A stretch of 64,000 nucleotides of DNA from Clostridiales bacterium. Its GTDB lineage: Bacteria; Bacillota; Clostridia; Christensenellales; CAG-138. Shown here one piece after another: positions 37,710 through 47,399 of the stretch (positions are counted from its first letter, which is position 1; each line of letters opens with the position of its first letter). Made by a program: the position numbers and the translations under genes. The stretch spans positions 49,615-113,614 of the forward strand of contig JAILRE010000063.1 of the NCBI GenBank assembly GCA_024698505.1. The letters are read 5' to 3'. The notes under the pieces are model-generated. The model was not told the DNA's origin, made no database searches, and worked only from the letters and a program-made list of their open reading frames with translations.

Positions 37710-38327
37710 ATGAAGAGAGGCATTCTTTATATCATTTCCGGTCCGTCCGGAGTCGGCAAAGGCACCATCGCAAGGGCGCTTCTTGAGGCAAGCGAAGGCA
37801 GCATGGTATTCTCCGTTTCGGCAACCACCAGGGCGCCGAGACCGGGCGAGGAGCACGGCCGCGAGTATTTCTTCATCACCCGTGAGGAATTCGACCGCAT
37901 GATCGAAGAGGGCGAGTTCCTTGAGTACATGAACGTTTTCGGCAGGAATTATTACGGCACTCCCCGCAGATACGTCGAGGAGCAGCTTGAAGCCGGGCGC
38001 GACGTTCTGCTCGATATCGACGTGAACGGCGCTATGAAGGTCAAGGAGAATTGCCCCGAAGCGGTCGCGATAATGCTGGCGCCTCCCAGTATGGCGGAGC
38101 TCCGCCGCAGGCTCGAAAACAGGGGCACCGAGACGCAGGAGGTCATCGAACGCAGGCTTGCCGAAGCCAAGTCCGAGCTTTCCAGGATGAACGAGTACGA
38201 TTACGTTATAGTAAACGACGATCTTCTGACGGCGATCGAGCAGTGCCAAAGGATAGTCGAAACCAGCAAGTACACGCCCGCGTACTGCGTTGAATTCGTA
38301 AACGACCTCATCAACGAGGATTTTTGA
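37710..38327 (+). CDS. gmk: Guanylate kinase
   Basis: ISGPSGVGKGT P-loop, TTRAPRPGE, YFF and the lid region. Confidence 0.92.
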   Translation: MKRGILYIISGPSGVGKGTIARALLEASEGSMVFSVSATTRAPRPGEEHGREYFFITREEFDRMIEEGEFLEYMNVFGRNYYGTPRRYVEEQLEAGRDVLLDIDVNGAMKVKENCPEAVAIMLAPPSMAELRRRLENRGTETQEVIERRLAEAKSELSRMNEYDYVIVNDDLLTAIEQCQRIVETSKYTPAYCVEFVNDLINEDF

Positions 38328-38352
38328 CAGTTATAACAGGAGGATTACCATT

Positions 38353-38565
38353 ATGATGAATCAACCGCCGGTAAACGAGATCGAAGTCAAGGCCGGATGC
38401 CGTTATATGCTCGTTACGAGCGTTGCCAAGCGCGCGAGGCAGATCATGCGCTCCGGTGAGGATATCGGCAACGAGAAGCCCGTTTCCCTCGCCGTAGAAG
38501 AGCTGAACGAGAATAAGCTCACCATCAAGTATCCCGACGAATACAAAAAAACCTCGGAGTTCTGA
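38353..38565 (+). CDS. rpoZ: DNA-directed RNA polymerase subunit omega
   Basis: 70 aa with the YMLVTSVAKRARQI motif, in the conserved position after gmk. Confidence 0.85.
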   Translation: MMNQPPVNEIEVKAGCRYMLVTSVAKRARQIMRSGEDIGNEKPVSLAVEELNENKLTIKYPDEYKKTSEF

Positions 38566-38587
38566 TCGGCTCCGATGATCCGGCGAG

Positions 38588-40864
38588 GTGAAAAGCTTGT
38601 TTGCAAAGCTCATTATTGATATAGCAAACTCCAACGTGGACAGGCTTTTCACCTATGCCGTTCCCGATGAACTCGATGTCCGGGCAGGGCATCGGGTTCT
38701 TGTGCCTTTTGGGAGATCAAACAAGCCCAAAGAGGGTTTCGTAATAGAGGTCTGCCCCGAATACGATACCGGATTCGAGGTCAAATCCGTGATAAAAACG
38801 ATGGAGCCGTATACGGCTCTGCTTCCCGACCAGATAGAGCTTGCAAAGTGGATCTCCAAAGCGTACCACTGCACTCTTTGCGACGCGCTGAGGCTCATGC
38901 TTCCTTCTCAATTGAGGGGATCGCGGGTAAAGGAAAAGACCGTCAGAACGGTCTGCGCGGCTCCGGGAATCGATCGCGAAAAGGTCAGGAGCACTTTCTT
39001 AAAGAAGGACGGCACGGCGAGGTCGCCAAAGCAGCTTGAGGTTTTCGATCTGCTTTTCGATTCCGGAACGAGCATGTCCGTTGAGGATCTTTCGGCATAC
39101 ATACCCAACGCCTCCGCGGCGGTATCCGCATTGCTTAAGAAGGGCTGTATCGTCGAAAAGGACTTCGTGACGTTCAGGAGCCCCTTTGCGAACGAGATAA
39201 AGCCCGACGTCCCGCCTGAGCTTACGAAGGCCCAGCTTTCCGCGCTCGAAGCCGTGAAGAACGGCCGCGAGGGGGACGTATTCCTCCTTCACGGCGTCAC
39301 GGGAAGCGGCAAGACGGAGGTATACCTCAATGCTATAAAGGCCGTGCTCGAAGCAGGCGGCGGCGCGATAGTGCTCGTTCCCGAGATATCGCTTACCCCT
39401 CAGACGACCGACCGATTCAGAAGCAGATTTGGCGAGACCGTAGCCGTCATGCACAGCCATTTGAGCATGGGCGAGCGCTATGACGAGTGGCGAAGGATCA
39501 GGCTCGGCAAGGCAAGGGTTGTCGTCGGAGCAAGATCCGCCGTATTCGCTCCCGTAGAAAACCTTAAGCTCATCATTATAGATGAAGAGCACGAGCCTTC
39601 CTACCGATCGGAAAGCACGCCGACTTATTCCACGGACGAGGTCGCCGTGAGGCGCGTAAGGCTCACAGGAGGCAAGCTGATACTCGGCAGCGCAACGCCC
39701 CAGCTGATATCGTATCTTCGCGCAAAACAGGGCGCGTATAAGCTGCTTGAGCTCCCGGAAAGGATCAACGGCATCCCCATGCCGGAGGTCGAGATCGTCG
39801 ATATGCGAAGCGAGTTCATGTCGGGCAATACGAGCATTTTCTCAAAGGATCTTGAGCGGAAGCTGAAGGACTGCATAGGCGGGGGCGAGCAGGCGATACT
39901 CTTCCTTAACAGAAGGGGATACTCATATCACGGCGAATGCAGAGCCTGCGGCTTCGTTTTCAAATGCCCGCACTGCGACGTCGCTATGACGTATCATAAG
40001 TTCGACGGCTCGCTGAGATGCCATTATTGCGGGTATTCCGTAAGGGTCCCATCCGTTTGCCCGTCGTGCGGCTCCAAATATATCAAATTCTCCGGTATCG
40101 GAACACAGCAGGTCGAGGAACAGCTTAAAAAACTGATCCCCGGCGTCAGGTGCCTCAGGATGGATACCGACACCACCGGAGGGAAGACCTCCCACAGGGA
40201 CATACTCGACAGCTTCACCCGGGGCGAGGCAGACGTATTGATCGGCACGCAGATGGTGGCGAAGGGCCTCGATATCCCGGGCGTGACGCTCGTTGGCGTC
40301 GTATTTGCGGACGCTTCGCTCTTCCATTCCGATTACAGGAGCGGAGAGCGCACCTTCCAGCTTTTGACGCAGGTCGCAGGCAGAGCAGGCCGCGCCGTAA
40401 AGGATGGAGAGGTGAAGAAGGGCAAGGTGGTCGTGCAGACCAACGCTCCGAACCATCGCGCAGTTCTGCTTTCCGCGCAGCATAATTACAAGGGATTCTT
40501 CGACCTTGAAATAAAGGACAGACTCCGCACGCTATTCCCGCCATTCGCCGTTTTTGCGAGAGCGCTGTTTGAATGCGCTAACGAGAACGCCGCCGCGGAA
40601 TACGCCGAGCGCTTCGCCAAGGAGGCCGAGACGGAGCTCAAAAAAGTCCTCTCCAAATACGACGCGGAGGGTGAGCTGCTGTTCGTATCTTACGGGGCCG
40701 CCCCTATAAGAAAGAGGGATAATCTTTATAGGTACGCGGTAATGCTGAAGCTCGCAAGAACTAAGCACACGAGCGAGGCCGTCACCGCGCTATGGAGGCT
40801 TTCGGACGGATTCGATGCGGAAGGCCTTCGCGGGGTCGAGATAAACCCCAACGAACTGCTGTGA
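38588..40864 (+). CDS. priA: Primosomal protein N' (replication restart helicase PriA)
   Basis: 3'-BD N-terminus, Walker A GVTGSGKTEVY, DEEH, and a Cys-rich Zn-binding insert (CRACG...CPHC...CHYCG...CPSCG). GTG start. Confidence 0.9.
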   Translation: MKSLFAKLIIDIANSNVDRLFTYAVPDELDVRAGHRVLVPFGRSNKPKEGFVIEVCPEYDTGFEVKSVIKTMEPYTALLPDQIELAKWISKAYHCTLCDALRLMLPSQLRGSRVKEKTVRTVCAAPGIDREKVRSTFLKKDGTARSPKQLEVFDLLFDSGTSMSVEDLSAYIPNASAAVSALLKKGCIVEKDFVTFRSPFANEIKPDVPPELTKAQLSALEAVKNGREGDVFLLHGVTGSGKTEVYLNAIKAVLEAGGGAIVLVPEISLTPQTTDRFRSRFGETVAVMHSHLSMGERYDEWRRIRLGKARVVVGARSAVFAPVENLKLIIIDEEHEPSYRSESTPTYSTDEVAVRRVRLTGGKLILGSATPQLISYLRAKQGAYKLLELPERINGIPMPEVEIVDMRSEFMSGNTSIFSKDLERKLKDCIGGGEQAILFLNRRGYSYHGECRACGFVFKCPHCDVAMTYHKFDGSLRCHYCGYSVRVPSVCPSCGSKYIKFSGIGTQQVEEQLKKLIPGVRCLRMDTDTTGGKTSHRDILDSFTRGEADVLIGTQMVAKGLDIPGVTLVGVVFADASLFHSDYRSGERTFQLLTQVAGRAGRAVKDGEVKKGKVVVQTNAPNHRAVLLSAQHNYKGFFDLEIKDRLRTLFPPFAVFARALFECANENAAAEYAERFAKEAETELKKVLSKYDAEGELLFVSYGAAPIRKRDNLYRYAVMLKLARTKHTSEAVTALWRLSDGFDAEGLRGVEINPNELL

Positions 40865-40889
40865 TGACGTGAACCAAGGATAGTCTGTT

Positions 40890-42032
40890 TCATCGCGATA
40901 TCCTGAGCCACGACCTCATAAGATCCATAAGATAATCCTTGAATACCGCTTTTTCGACGGCTTCTGCGGATAGTATCGGCACTTCGCCCAATACTTCGCC
41001 GGAGCCGTTTTTAAGTATCAGCGTTCCTATGCGCTGATCCTTTTCTATGGGCGCTTCGACTGATTCGGGAAGGACGGTCTCCGATAGGAGCTTCGTATTC
41101 GTTACGGGCATCAGAGCCGCAACGGCCGAACCCGTTATAAGTTCGACCTCCTTCGTTTTTCCGTTTATTACGGCAATGCTGCCTATGCTTTCGCCCGCGC
41201 CTCCCAAGGAGACGGATCTGTACGAAGCGAAGCCGTGGTCGAGCAGTTCCGATGCGAGTTTGAACCTTGAAGCCGAATCGGGAAGGCCGGCTGTCACCGC
41301 AAGCAGAGTCGTCGTGCCCCGTCTGGCTATGAAGGCTCCGCAGTAGTTTGAAGAACCGACAGAGCCCGTGGCGATCCCGAAACAACCGGAATAGAACCTC
41401 ACAAGCCTGTTCGGGTTTACGAGCTCCGTAGCGGCTGCGCTTTCATGCGTGATGCTGTCCGTGTAAACGGAAGAGTATTTCAGGAAAGACTCACTGTCTG
41501 CAAGTTTTGAGCAGATATTTGCCAATTCTTTTACGGAAAGGGTTTCGCCTTTTCCCATATAGCTTTCGGCAAAGGCACCGCAGTTCAAAGCTCCCAGCAT
41601 TTCGTTTACCGCTTCAAGCCCCGCGGCGGTGGATGGGTAAAGCTTCTGCATGAGCGCGCATACGGCGTCGCCCGCGTTAAGTATGACCGAGGCCTTTAGC
41701 AGCTGCCCCGCGGAAATGCTTTCGTTGGGCGAGAGGAACGCGGTAGCTCCCTTAATTGCCGCCGCCTCGCGCGATACAGTTACCGTGTCGTCCTCCTTGA
41801 TAGAGCCTTCGTCGAAAGCTCGGCAAATGAGAAGCAGCGCGGGCAGGCGTACGAGCCCCGCCGGGTCGATGCTTTCGTCCGCGTTTTTTTCTATTATCGT
41901 TTTGCCGCTCGCGACGTCGATAAGTATCGCCGCCGAAGCTTTTTTGAGGCTGTCTTCGGGATAGGGTGAAGCCGCGCACGGCAATGCCGAAAGCAGCATA
42001 ATGGCGATCATTATTGAAATAAGCTTTTTCAC
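40890..42032 (-). CDS. Peptidase S11 (PBP5/DacB-like) homolog with all three catalytic motifs substituted; predicted inactive
   Basis: Signal peptide. Colinear with DD-carboxypeptidases, but SxxK reads AGLVR, SxN reads AGD and KTG reads ATG. GTG 42032 follows GGGAGA; the ORF-track ATG at 42107 has no RBS. Confidence 0.7.
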   Translation of the reverse strand: MKKLISIMIAIMLLSALPCAASPYPEDSLKKASAAILIDVASGKTIIEKNADESIDPAGLVRLPALLLICRAFDEGSIKEDDTVTVSREAAAIKGATAFLSPNESISAGQLLKASVILNAGDAVCALMQKLYPSTAAGLEAVNEMLGALNCGAFAESYMGKGETLSVKELANICSKLADSESFLKYSSVYTDSITHESAAATELVNPNRLVRFYSGCFGIATGSVGSSNYCGAFIARRGTTTLLAVTAGLPDSASRFKLASELLDHGFASYRSVSLGGAGESIGSIAVINGKTKEVELITGSAVAALMPVTNTKLLSETVLPESVEAPIEKDQRIGTLILKNGSGEVLGEVPILSAEAVEKAVFKDYLMDLMRSWLRISR

Positions 42033-42114
42033 GTTATAATTCTCCCGACAGTTGTTTGTAGAATTGTATTCCCGAAGAATATTAAAAAATGCCCCGTGCC
42101 AAGCCATCTGTTTG

Positions 42115-42143
42115 TTGCCAATAACGCTTTTTTGTATTATAAT
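42115..42143 (+). promoter_or_regulatory. Sigma-A-type promoter of the radical SAM-RNase G operon
   Basis: TTGCCA, a 17-nt spacer, then TATAAT. Confidence 0.45.
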
Positions 42144-42187
42144 CAGATCATGGAAAGTATGGACTTATACTTATTTGGAGGGATACT

Positions 42188-44056
42188 TTGGATAAAGCTC
42201 TGCTTGGAAGCATATTGAAAACGGTCGAAAAGCCTTCCCGCTATACGGGCGGCGAGCTCAACATGAGAGTTAAGGAGCTTACCGCGCCCGACGGGAAAAA
42301 GCTTTTCCGTTTCGCGCTCTGCTTCCCCGACGTTTACGAGATCGGCATGAGCCACCTCGGCTCGCGCATCGTTTATAACGTGCTCAATGAAAGAGAGGAT
42401 ACCTACTGCGAGCGCGCGTTCGCTCCGTGGTTCGACATGGAGAACGCCATGAGGGAGAACGATATCCCGTCCTATTCTCTTGAAACGCTCACGCCGCTCG
42501 GAGAATTCGATATTATCGGTTTTTCTCTTCTTTATGAAATGTGCTATACCAATATCCTTACCCTGCTCGATCTTGCAGGCATCCCGCTTTTTAGCAGGGA
42601 CAGGGGAGAGGAATATCCGCTGATAATCGCGGGCGGGCCCTGCGTCTGCAATCCCGAGCCCGTGGCCGATATAATGGACGCGCTCGTTTTCGGCGACGGC
42701 GAGGAGGTCATGAACGAATTCATGGACGTTTACTCTGCCTGCCGCGCTGAAAAGCTCACGAAACGGGAGACTCTTTTAAGGCTCGCTCAAATAAAGGGCG
42801 TTTACATTCCCGCTTTTTACAGCCCCGAGTATGATGAAAACGGCAATTTCAAGGAGCTCGTCAAGACGGAGGCTTCAGCGCCCGACAGGATCGAGCGCAG
42901 GATAGTGAAGGATCTTGACAAGGCCGTCTATACCGGGAAGCTCATCGTTCCCTATATGAGCATAGTGCATGACCGCGTCGCTCTTGAAATATTCCGCGGC
43001 TGCACCCGCGGCTGCAGATTCTGCCAGGCGGGATTCATTTACAGGCCCGTGCGTGAGCGCGAGATGGGAACCGTTATTAAGCAGGCGGATGATTCGCTCG
43101 ACTGCACCGGTTATGATGAGATCTCGCTTTTCTCGCTTTCCAGCGGCGATTATTCGCATATCCACGAGCTCGTACCGCTCATACTCGATCGCTATGAAAA
43201 GGACAGGGTAAGCGTTTCGCTTCCTTCCTTGAGGATAGATTCGTTCCTGAAGGACGACCTCGAAAAGATACAGAAGGTCAGAAAGACCGGTCTGACTTTC
43301 GCTCCCGAAGCGGGAACGCAGAGGCTGAGGGACGTCATAAACAAGGGCGTTTCAGAGGAGGATCTTTTAAGATCCGTGCACGACGCGTTCGTCGCAGGAT
43401 GGCACGGCGTCAAGCTGTATTTCATGATAGGTCTTCCCACGGAGACGGACGAGGACGTATTGGGCATAGCCGAGCTTGCGCGCAAGGTCAGCCGCGAATT
43501 CTACTCCATGCCAAAGGAGCTGCGCGGAAAGGGCCTCAGGTGCACCGTATCCGCGTCGACCTTCGTGCCCAAACCCTTCACGCCCTTCCAGTGGGAACCC
43601 CAGATATCCACGGAAGAGGTGCTCCGCCGTCAGGCGCTCCTCAGGAATGCGCTGAAGGGCATAAGGGGCGTTGAGTTTTCGTGCCATTATTCCGAGACCA
43701 GCCGGCTTGAGGCCGCCTTCGCAAGGGGCGACCGGAGGCTTAACCCCGTCCTCGTTTCCGCCTTCAAAGCGGGAGCCAAGCTCGATTCCTGGGACGAGCA
43801 TTTCAATAAGCTCGCATGGGAGCACGCTTTTGTCGAAAACGGGCTTACAGTCGAGCAGTTCGCAAACCGCAGGATAGGCATTGACGAGCCCCTTGCCTGG
43901 AACCGCATGGACGCGCTCGTTTCGCCCGATTACCTCGTAAAAGAGCATGAGAAAGCTTACGAGGCCGTTACTACCCGCGACTGCAGGAAGGGCTGCAACG
44001 GGTGTTTCGGCGCGAGATGCCGCGAGATATGCGGCAAGAAGGACGGTGCCGTATGA
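42188..44056 (+). CDS. TIGR03960-type B12-binding-domain radical SAM protein
   Basis: 622 aa. Radical-SAM Cys triad CTRGCRFC and the N-terminal B12-binding-like region FPDVYEIGMSHLG. TTG start 5 nt after GGAGGG. Confidence 0.8.
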   Translation: MDKALLGSILKTVEKPSRYTGGELNMRVKELTAPDGKKLFRFALCFPDVYEIGMSHLGSRIVYNVLNEREDTYCERAFAPWFDMENAMRENDIPSYSLETLTPLGEFDIIGFSLLYEMCYTNILTLLDLAGIPLFSRDRGEEYPLIIAGGPCVCNPEPVADIMDALVFGDGEEVMNEFMDVYSACRAEKLTKRETLLRLAQIKGVYIPAFYSPEYDENGNFKELVKTEASAPDRIERRIVKDLDKAVYTGKLIVPYMSIVHDRVALEIFRGCTRGCRFCQAGFIYRPVREREMGTVIKQADDSLDCTGYDEISLFSLSSGDYSHIHELVPLILDRYEKDRVSVSLPSLRIDSFLKDDLEKIQKVRKTGLTFAPEAGTQRLRDVINKGVSEEDLLRSVHDAFVAGWHGVKLYFMIGLPTETDEDVLGIAELARKVSREFYSMPKELRGKGLRCTVSASTFVPKPFTPFQWEPQISTEEVLRRQALLRNALKGIRGVEFSCHYSETSRLEAAFARGDRRLNPVLVSAFKAGAKLDSWDEHFNKLAWEHAFVENGLTVEQFANRRIGIDEPLAWNRMDALVSPDYLVKEHEKAYEAVTTRDCRKGCNGCFGARCREICGKKDGAV

Positions 44057-44721
44057 GGCTTGCGGTCAAATTCAAAAAGGGCGTTCCCGTCAGATTCGTT
44101 TCCCATCTCGACGTGCAGAGGCTCTTTCACAGGGCTTTCAGAAGGGCCAAGCTTCCCCTTGCATATTCGCAGGGCTTCAATCCGCATCCGCTCGTTTCCT
44201 TTGCTGCGGCGCTTTCCGTCGGCATGACGAGCGACGGGGAGTATCTTGACGTTATTCTTACCGAGGGCATGACTCCCGAAGAATTCAGGTCAAGGCTTGA
44301 TCCTGTACTGCCCGAAGGAGTGGAGATCGTTTCCGTGATGGATCTCGGCGAATCGAAAAAGAGCCTCACATCTGCTATGAGGACTGCTTCATATACCGCG
44401 AACGTGCTTTTCGACGCGGACGTTTCGCAGGAGGCCGTATCCTCCGCAATAACCGGGCTTCTTTCCGGCGAGATCGTGGTCATGAAGAAGACCAAGGGCG
44501 GCATTAAGCCCACCGATATAAGGCCCATGGTAATAGAGCTCGATCTCGTTTCTCTTGCGGAGAGGAACGCCGTATTCAAGCTGAAGGGCGTTCTTTCCGC
44601 CGAGGGCGGTCTTAATCCCGATATGCTGCTTGCGGAGCTTTACAAAAAGCTCGGCGTCTCGGGAGCTTCCGAAGTAAACCGGGACGAGATAGAGATGGAT
44701 ATCGATTCTCTGCTCGCCTGA
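44053..44721 (+). CDS. TIGR03936 / DUF2344 radical SAM-associated protein
   Basis: MRLAVKFKKGVPVRFVSHLDVQRLFHRAFRRAKLPLAYSQGFNPHP is the family-typical N-terminus. ATGA overlap with the radical SAM gene. Confidence 0.75.
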   Translation: MRLAVKFKKGVPVRFVSHLDVQRLFHRAFRRAKLPLAYSQGFNPHPLVSFAAALSVGMTSDGEYLDVILTEGMTPEEFRSRLDPVLPEGVEIVSVMDLGESKKSLTSAMRTASYTANVLFDADVSQEAVSSAITGLLSGEIVVMKKTKGGIKPTDIRPMVIELDLVSLAERNAVFKLKGVLSAEGGLNPDMLLAELYKKLGVSGASEVNRDEIEMDIDSLLA

Positions 44722-44726
44722 AAATA

Positions 44727-46229
44727 TTGGAGTTTCAAATGAAACCACGCTTGAACGACAACGCCGAGAAGACCATTCTCGTCGACGTCAATCCGTACAG
44801 GACGAGGGTAATGCTGCTTGAAGACGGCGTTCCCGTCGAGTTCTATATCGAACGGCGCGACAAGGAGAGGCTGGTCGGCAACATTTACAAGGGGAAGGTG
44901 CAGAACGTTCTTCCCGGCATGTACGCGGCCTTTATCAACATCAACGCCGAAAAGAACGCGTTCCTTTACGCGGGTGATATCAAGCCCGATTCGCTCCTTA
45001 ACGACGAGGTCCAGATAGAGGGCAAGTTCACTCCGTCCATGATCTGCGACGTTGTAAGATCGGGACAGGATATACTCGTGCAGATCGTGAAGGAGCCCAT
45101 AGGCACGAAGGGCGCGAGGGCGACGACGCAGATCTCGCTGCCGGGAAGGAACGTAGTATTCCTTCCCACGGTGGATTTTATCGGCATCAGCAAAAGGATA
45201 TCGAAGGACGAGGAGCGCAAACGCCTGAAGGCCATCGTTTCGGAGGTGCTTCCCGAGGGCACGGGCGTTATCGTAAGGACTGCCGCAGAAGGGCTTGACG
45301 AGGAAAGCATCAGAGCGGATCTTGTTACCCTTGTTGAGGAATGGGAAAGGATCAAGGCCCGTTACAGGGCGTCGAAGGCTCCCGCTCTCATCCATAAGGA
45401 CGACGCGCTCATTATCCGCACAGTTCGCGATCTGTTCACCGGTAACGTCGGAAAGATGATAGTGAACGAGCGCGAGCATTTCGAGCTGCTTCGTTCCCTC
45501 GTGCCCGCCGATAAGCGGGATAAAGTCGAATTCTATGATGATGAAAAGGATCTCTTCGTCAGATACGGAGCCGAAAAAGCCCTTGACGAGGCGCTTTCAA
45601 GGCGCGTGTGGCTGAAAAGCGGCGCGTACATCGTTATCGACAGGACGGAGGCTTTGACAAGCATAGACGTCAATACGGGCAAATACGTCGGCAGCGTGAG
45701 CCTTGGGAGGACCATCGTCGAGACCAACAAGGAGGCGGCCTTCGAGATCGCCCGTCAGCTGAGGCTGAGGGATATCGGCGGTATCGTAATAATCGATTTC
45801 ATAGATATGGAGTCGGAGGAGGATCGCCGAGCCGTGATAGATACGCTCACCGAGGCGTTAAGATGCGACAGCACAAAGACGGTCGTACTCGGTATGACCG
45901 CGCTCGGCCTTGTTGAGGTAACGAGGAAGAAGCTCAGCGCGAGCATATCCGCAACGCTTCAAAGGGAATGCCCTTACTGCAAGGGCACGGGGCTCGTTCC
46001 TTCTTCGCAGACGACGGCGCTGAACATCAGAAGGGACGTTCTTGAGAGGATGGCGTTCGATAAGGACGTTCAGGGATACGTTATCACGGCGGTTCCCTCC
46101 GTCGCCGAGCTTCTTGAAAAGTACATTGACGAGGAGAAGAAAAACACGCCGGCGCTGGACGGGATCAGTATAACGATAAAGGGCGACGCGGCTCTCGGAG
46201 CGGGGGAGTACCACATCAAAAATATATAG
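44727..46229 (+). CDS. rng: Rne/Rng-family ribonuclease (RNase G-like)
   Basis: S1 domain (GNIYKGKVQNVLPGMYAAFINI), DNase-I-like core (IVIDRTEALTSIDVNTG, GGIVIIDFIDM) and a Zn-link CPYCKG. Confidence 0.85.
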   Translation: MEFQMKPRLNDNAEKTILVDVNPYRTRVMLLEDGVPVEFYIERRDKERLVGNIYKGKVQNVLPGMYAAFININAEKNAFLYAGDIKPDSLLNDEVQIEGKFTPSMICDVVRSGQDILVQIVKEPIGTKGARATTQISLPGRNVVFLPTVDFIGISKRISKDEERKRLKAIVSEVLPEGTGVIVRTAAEGLDEESIRADLVTLVEEWERIKARYRASKAPALIHKDDALIIRTVRDLFTGNVGKMIVNEREHFELLRSLVPADKRDKVEFYDDEKDLFVRYGAEKALDEALSRRVWLKSGAYIVIDRTEALTSIDVNTGKYVGSVSLGRTIVETNKEAAFEIARQLRLRDIGGIVIIDFIDMESEEDRRAVIDTLTEALRCDSTKTVVLGMTALGLVEVTRKKLSASISATLQRECPYCKGTGLVPSSQTTALNIRRDVLERMAFDKDVQGYVITAVPSVAELLEKYIDEEKKNTPALDGISITIKGDAALGAGEYHIKNI

Positions 46230-46260
46230 TTAAAACATGGGTTTTTTCCGATTTTTATGC

Positions 46261-46289
46261 TTGACAGTACAGGCGCAGACTGATATAAT
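46261..46289 (+). promoter_or_regulatory. Consensus sigma-A promoter of rplM-rpsI
   Basis: TTGACA, a 17-nt spacer, then TATAAT, both hexamers perfect. Confidence 0.55.
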
Positions 46290-46402
46290 AGCGCTTGTGC
46301 TTTGTTTATGGTGGAGTAGCACGGTCACTAGCCCCGACGCGGCTGCCCATTATAAAAAAAGAGTATAACAATTATGTTTAATACCTATTTGGAGGTCATT
46401 GC
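46290..46402 (+). promoter_or_regulatory. Structured 5' leader of rplM (possible L13 autoregulatory leader)
   Basis: A roughly 110-nt untranslated leader lies between a consensus promoter and rplM. It contains GC-rich pairing segments (GGTGGAGTAGCACGG...GCCCCGACGCGGCTGCC). The family assignment was not verified. Confidence 0.3.
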
Positions 46403-46834
46403 ATGAAGAGCTATATGGCAAAAGCAGAGACCATGGAACGCAAGTGGTATCTGGTGGATGCAGAGGGCATGGTGCTCGGCCGTCTCGCTTCCCAGGTTGC
46501 CGCCATTCTCCGTGGCAAGCATAAGCCCATCTATACCCCGCACGTCGACTGCGGCGATCACGTTATCATAATCAATGCCGATAAGGTCGTTCTCACCGGC
46601 AAGAAGCTCGATGAGAAGCTCTATCGTCATCACAGCAGCTATCCCGGCGGACTCAAAGAGGTCAAGTATCGCGACCTCATGGCCAAGAAGCCCGAATTCG
46701 CCGTTTACGAAGCTATCCGCTGCATGATGCCCAAGGGTCCCCTTGGCAGGCAGATGCTTACAAAGGTTCGTATCTATCGTGGTTCCGAACATAAGCAGGC
46801 CGCCCAGAAGCCCGAGGTTCTCGTGCTCAAATAA
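46403..46834 (+). CDS. rplM: 50S ribosomal protein L13
   Basis: [38 protein letters not shown]. Confidence 0.95.
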   Translation: MKSYMAKAETMERKWYLVDAEGMVLGRLASQVAAILRGKHKPIYTPHVDCGDHVIIINADKVVLTGKKLDEKLYRHHSSYPGGLKEVKYRDLMAKKPEFAVYEAIRCMMPKGPLGRQMLTKVRIYRGSEHKQAAQKPEVLVLK

Positions 46835-46854
46835 TCGGGAGGAGGAAAAGATTT

Positions 46855-47250
46855 ATGGCATCCGTTACTCAGTATCTTGGTACAGGCAGGCGTAAAAAGT
46901 CCGTTGCCAGAGTCCGCCTCGTTCCCGGCACCGGCGTTATCACCATCAACAAGAGGGACATCGACGATTACTTCGGATACGAGACCCTCAAGATGATCGT
47001 TCGCGATCCCCTCAAGCTCACCGATAATCTCGGCAAGTTTGACGTTATCGTTAACGTTTACGGCGGCGGTTTCACCGGCCAGGCCGGCGCGATCCGTCAC
47101 GGCATCTCCCGCGCTCTTCTGAACGTTGACCCCGAGCTTCGCGGTCAGCTCAAGAAGGCCGGTTTCCTTACCCGCGATCCTCGCATGAAGGAGCGCAAGA
47201 AGTACGGTCTCAAAGCAGCCCGTCGTGCGCCTCAGTTCAGCAAGCGTTAA
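46855..47250 (+). CDS. rpsI: 30S ribosomal protein S9
   Basis: GTGRRK.SVARV...G.I.IN and C-terminal [17 protein letters not shown]...[18 protein letters not shown]. Confidence 0.95.
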   Translation: MASVTQYLGTGRRKKSVARVRLVPGTGVITINKRDIDDYFGYETLKMIVRDPLKLTDNLGKFDVIVNVYGGGFTGQAGAIRHGISRALLNVDPELRGQLKKAGFLTRDPRMKERKKYGLKAARRAPQFSKR

Positions 47251-47273
47251 TTGCGGATCAGCAAACAAAGAAA

Positions 47274-47308
47274 CCTCGGTATCGTTTCGATACCGGGGTT
47301 TTTCTTTT
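47274..47308 (+). terminator. Rho-independent terminator after rpsI
   Basis: CCTCGGTATCG-TTTC-CGATACCGGGG is an 11-bp stem with one G-U pair, followed by TTTTTCTTTT. Confidence 0.7.
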
Positions 47309-47340
47309 ATGAGCATAGCCATATTTAGGTATTGGATCGG

Positions 47341-47369
47341 TTTACTTGTACTTTGCAGTATGCTATAAT
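47341..47369 (+). promoter_or_regulatory. Promoter of the FGase-like/amidohydrolase pair
   Basis: TTTACT, a 17-nt spacer, then TGcTATAAT (extended -10). Confidence 0.4.
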
Positions 47370-47399
47370 CCGGATATAAACTATCGCACGAGGTCTCGT

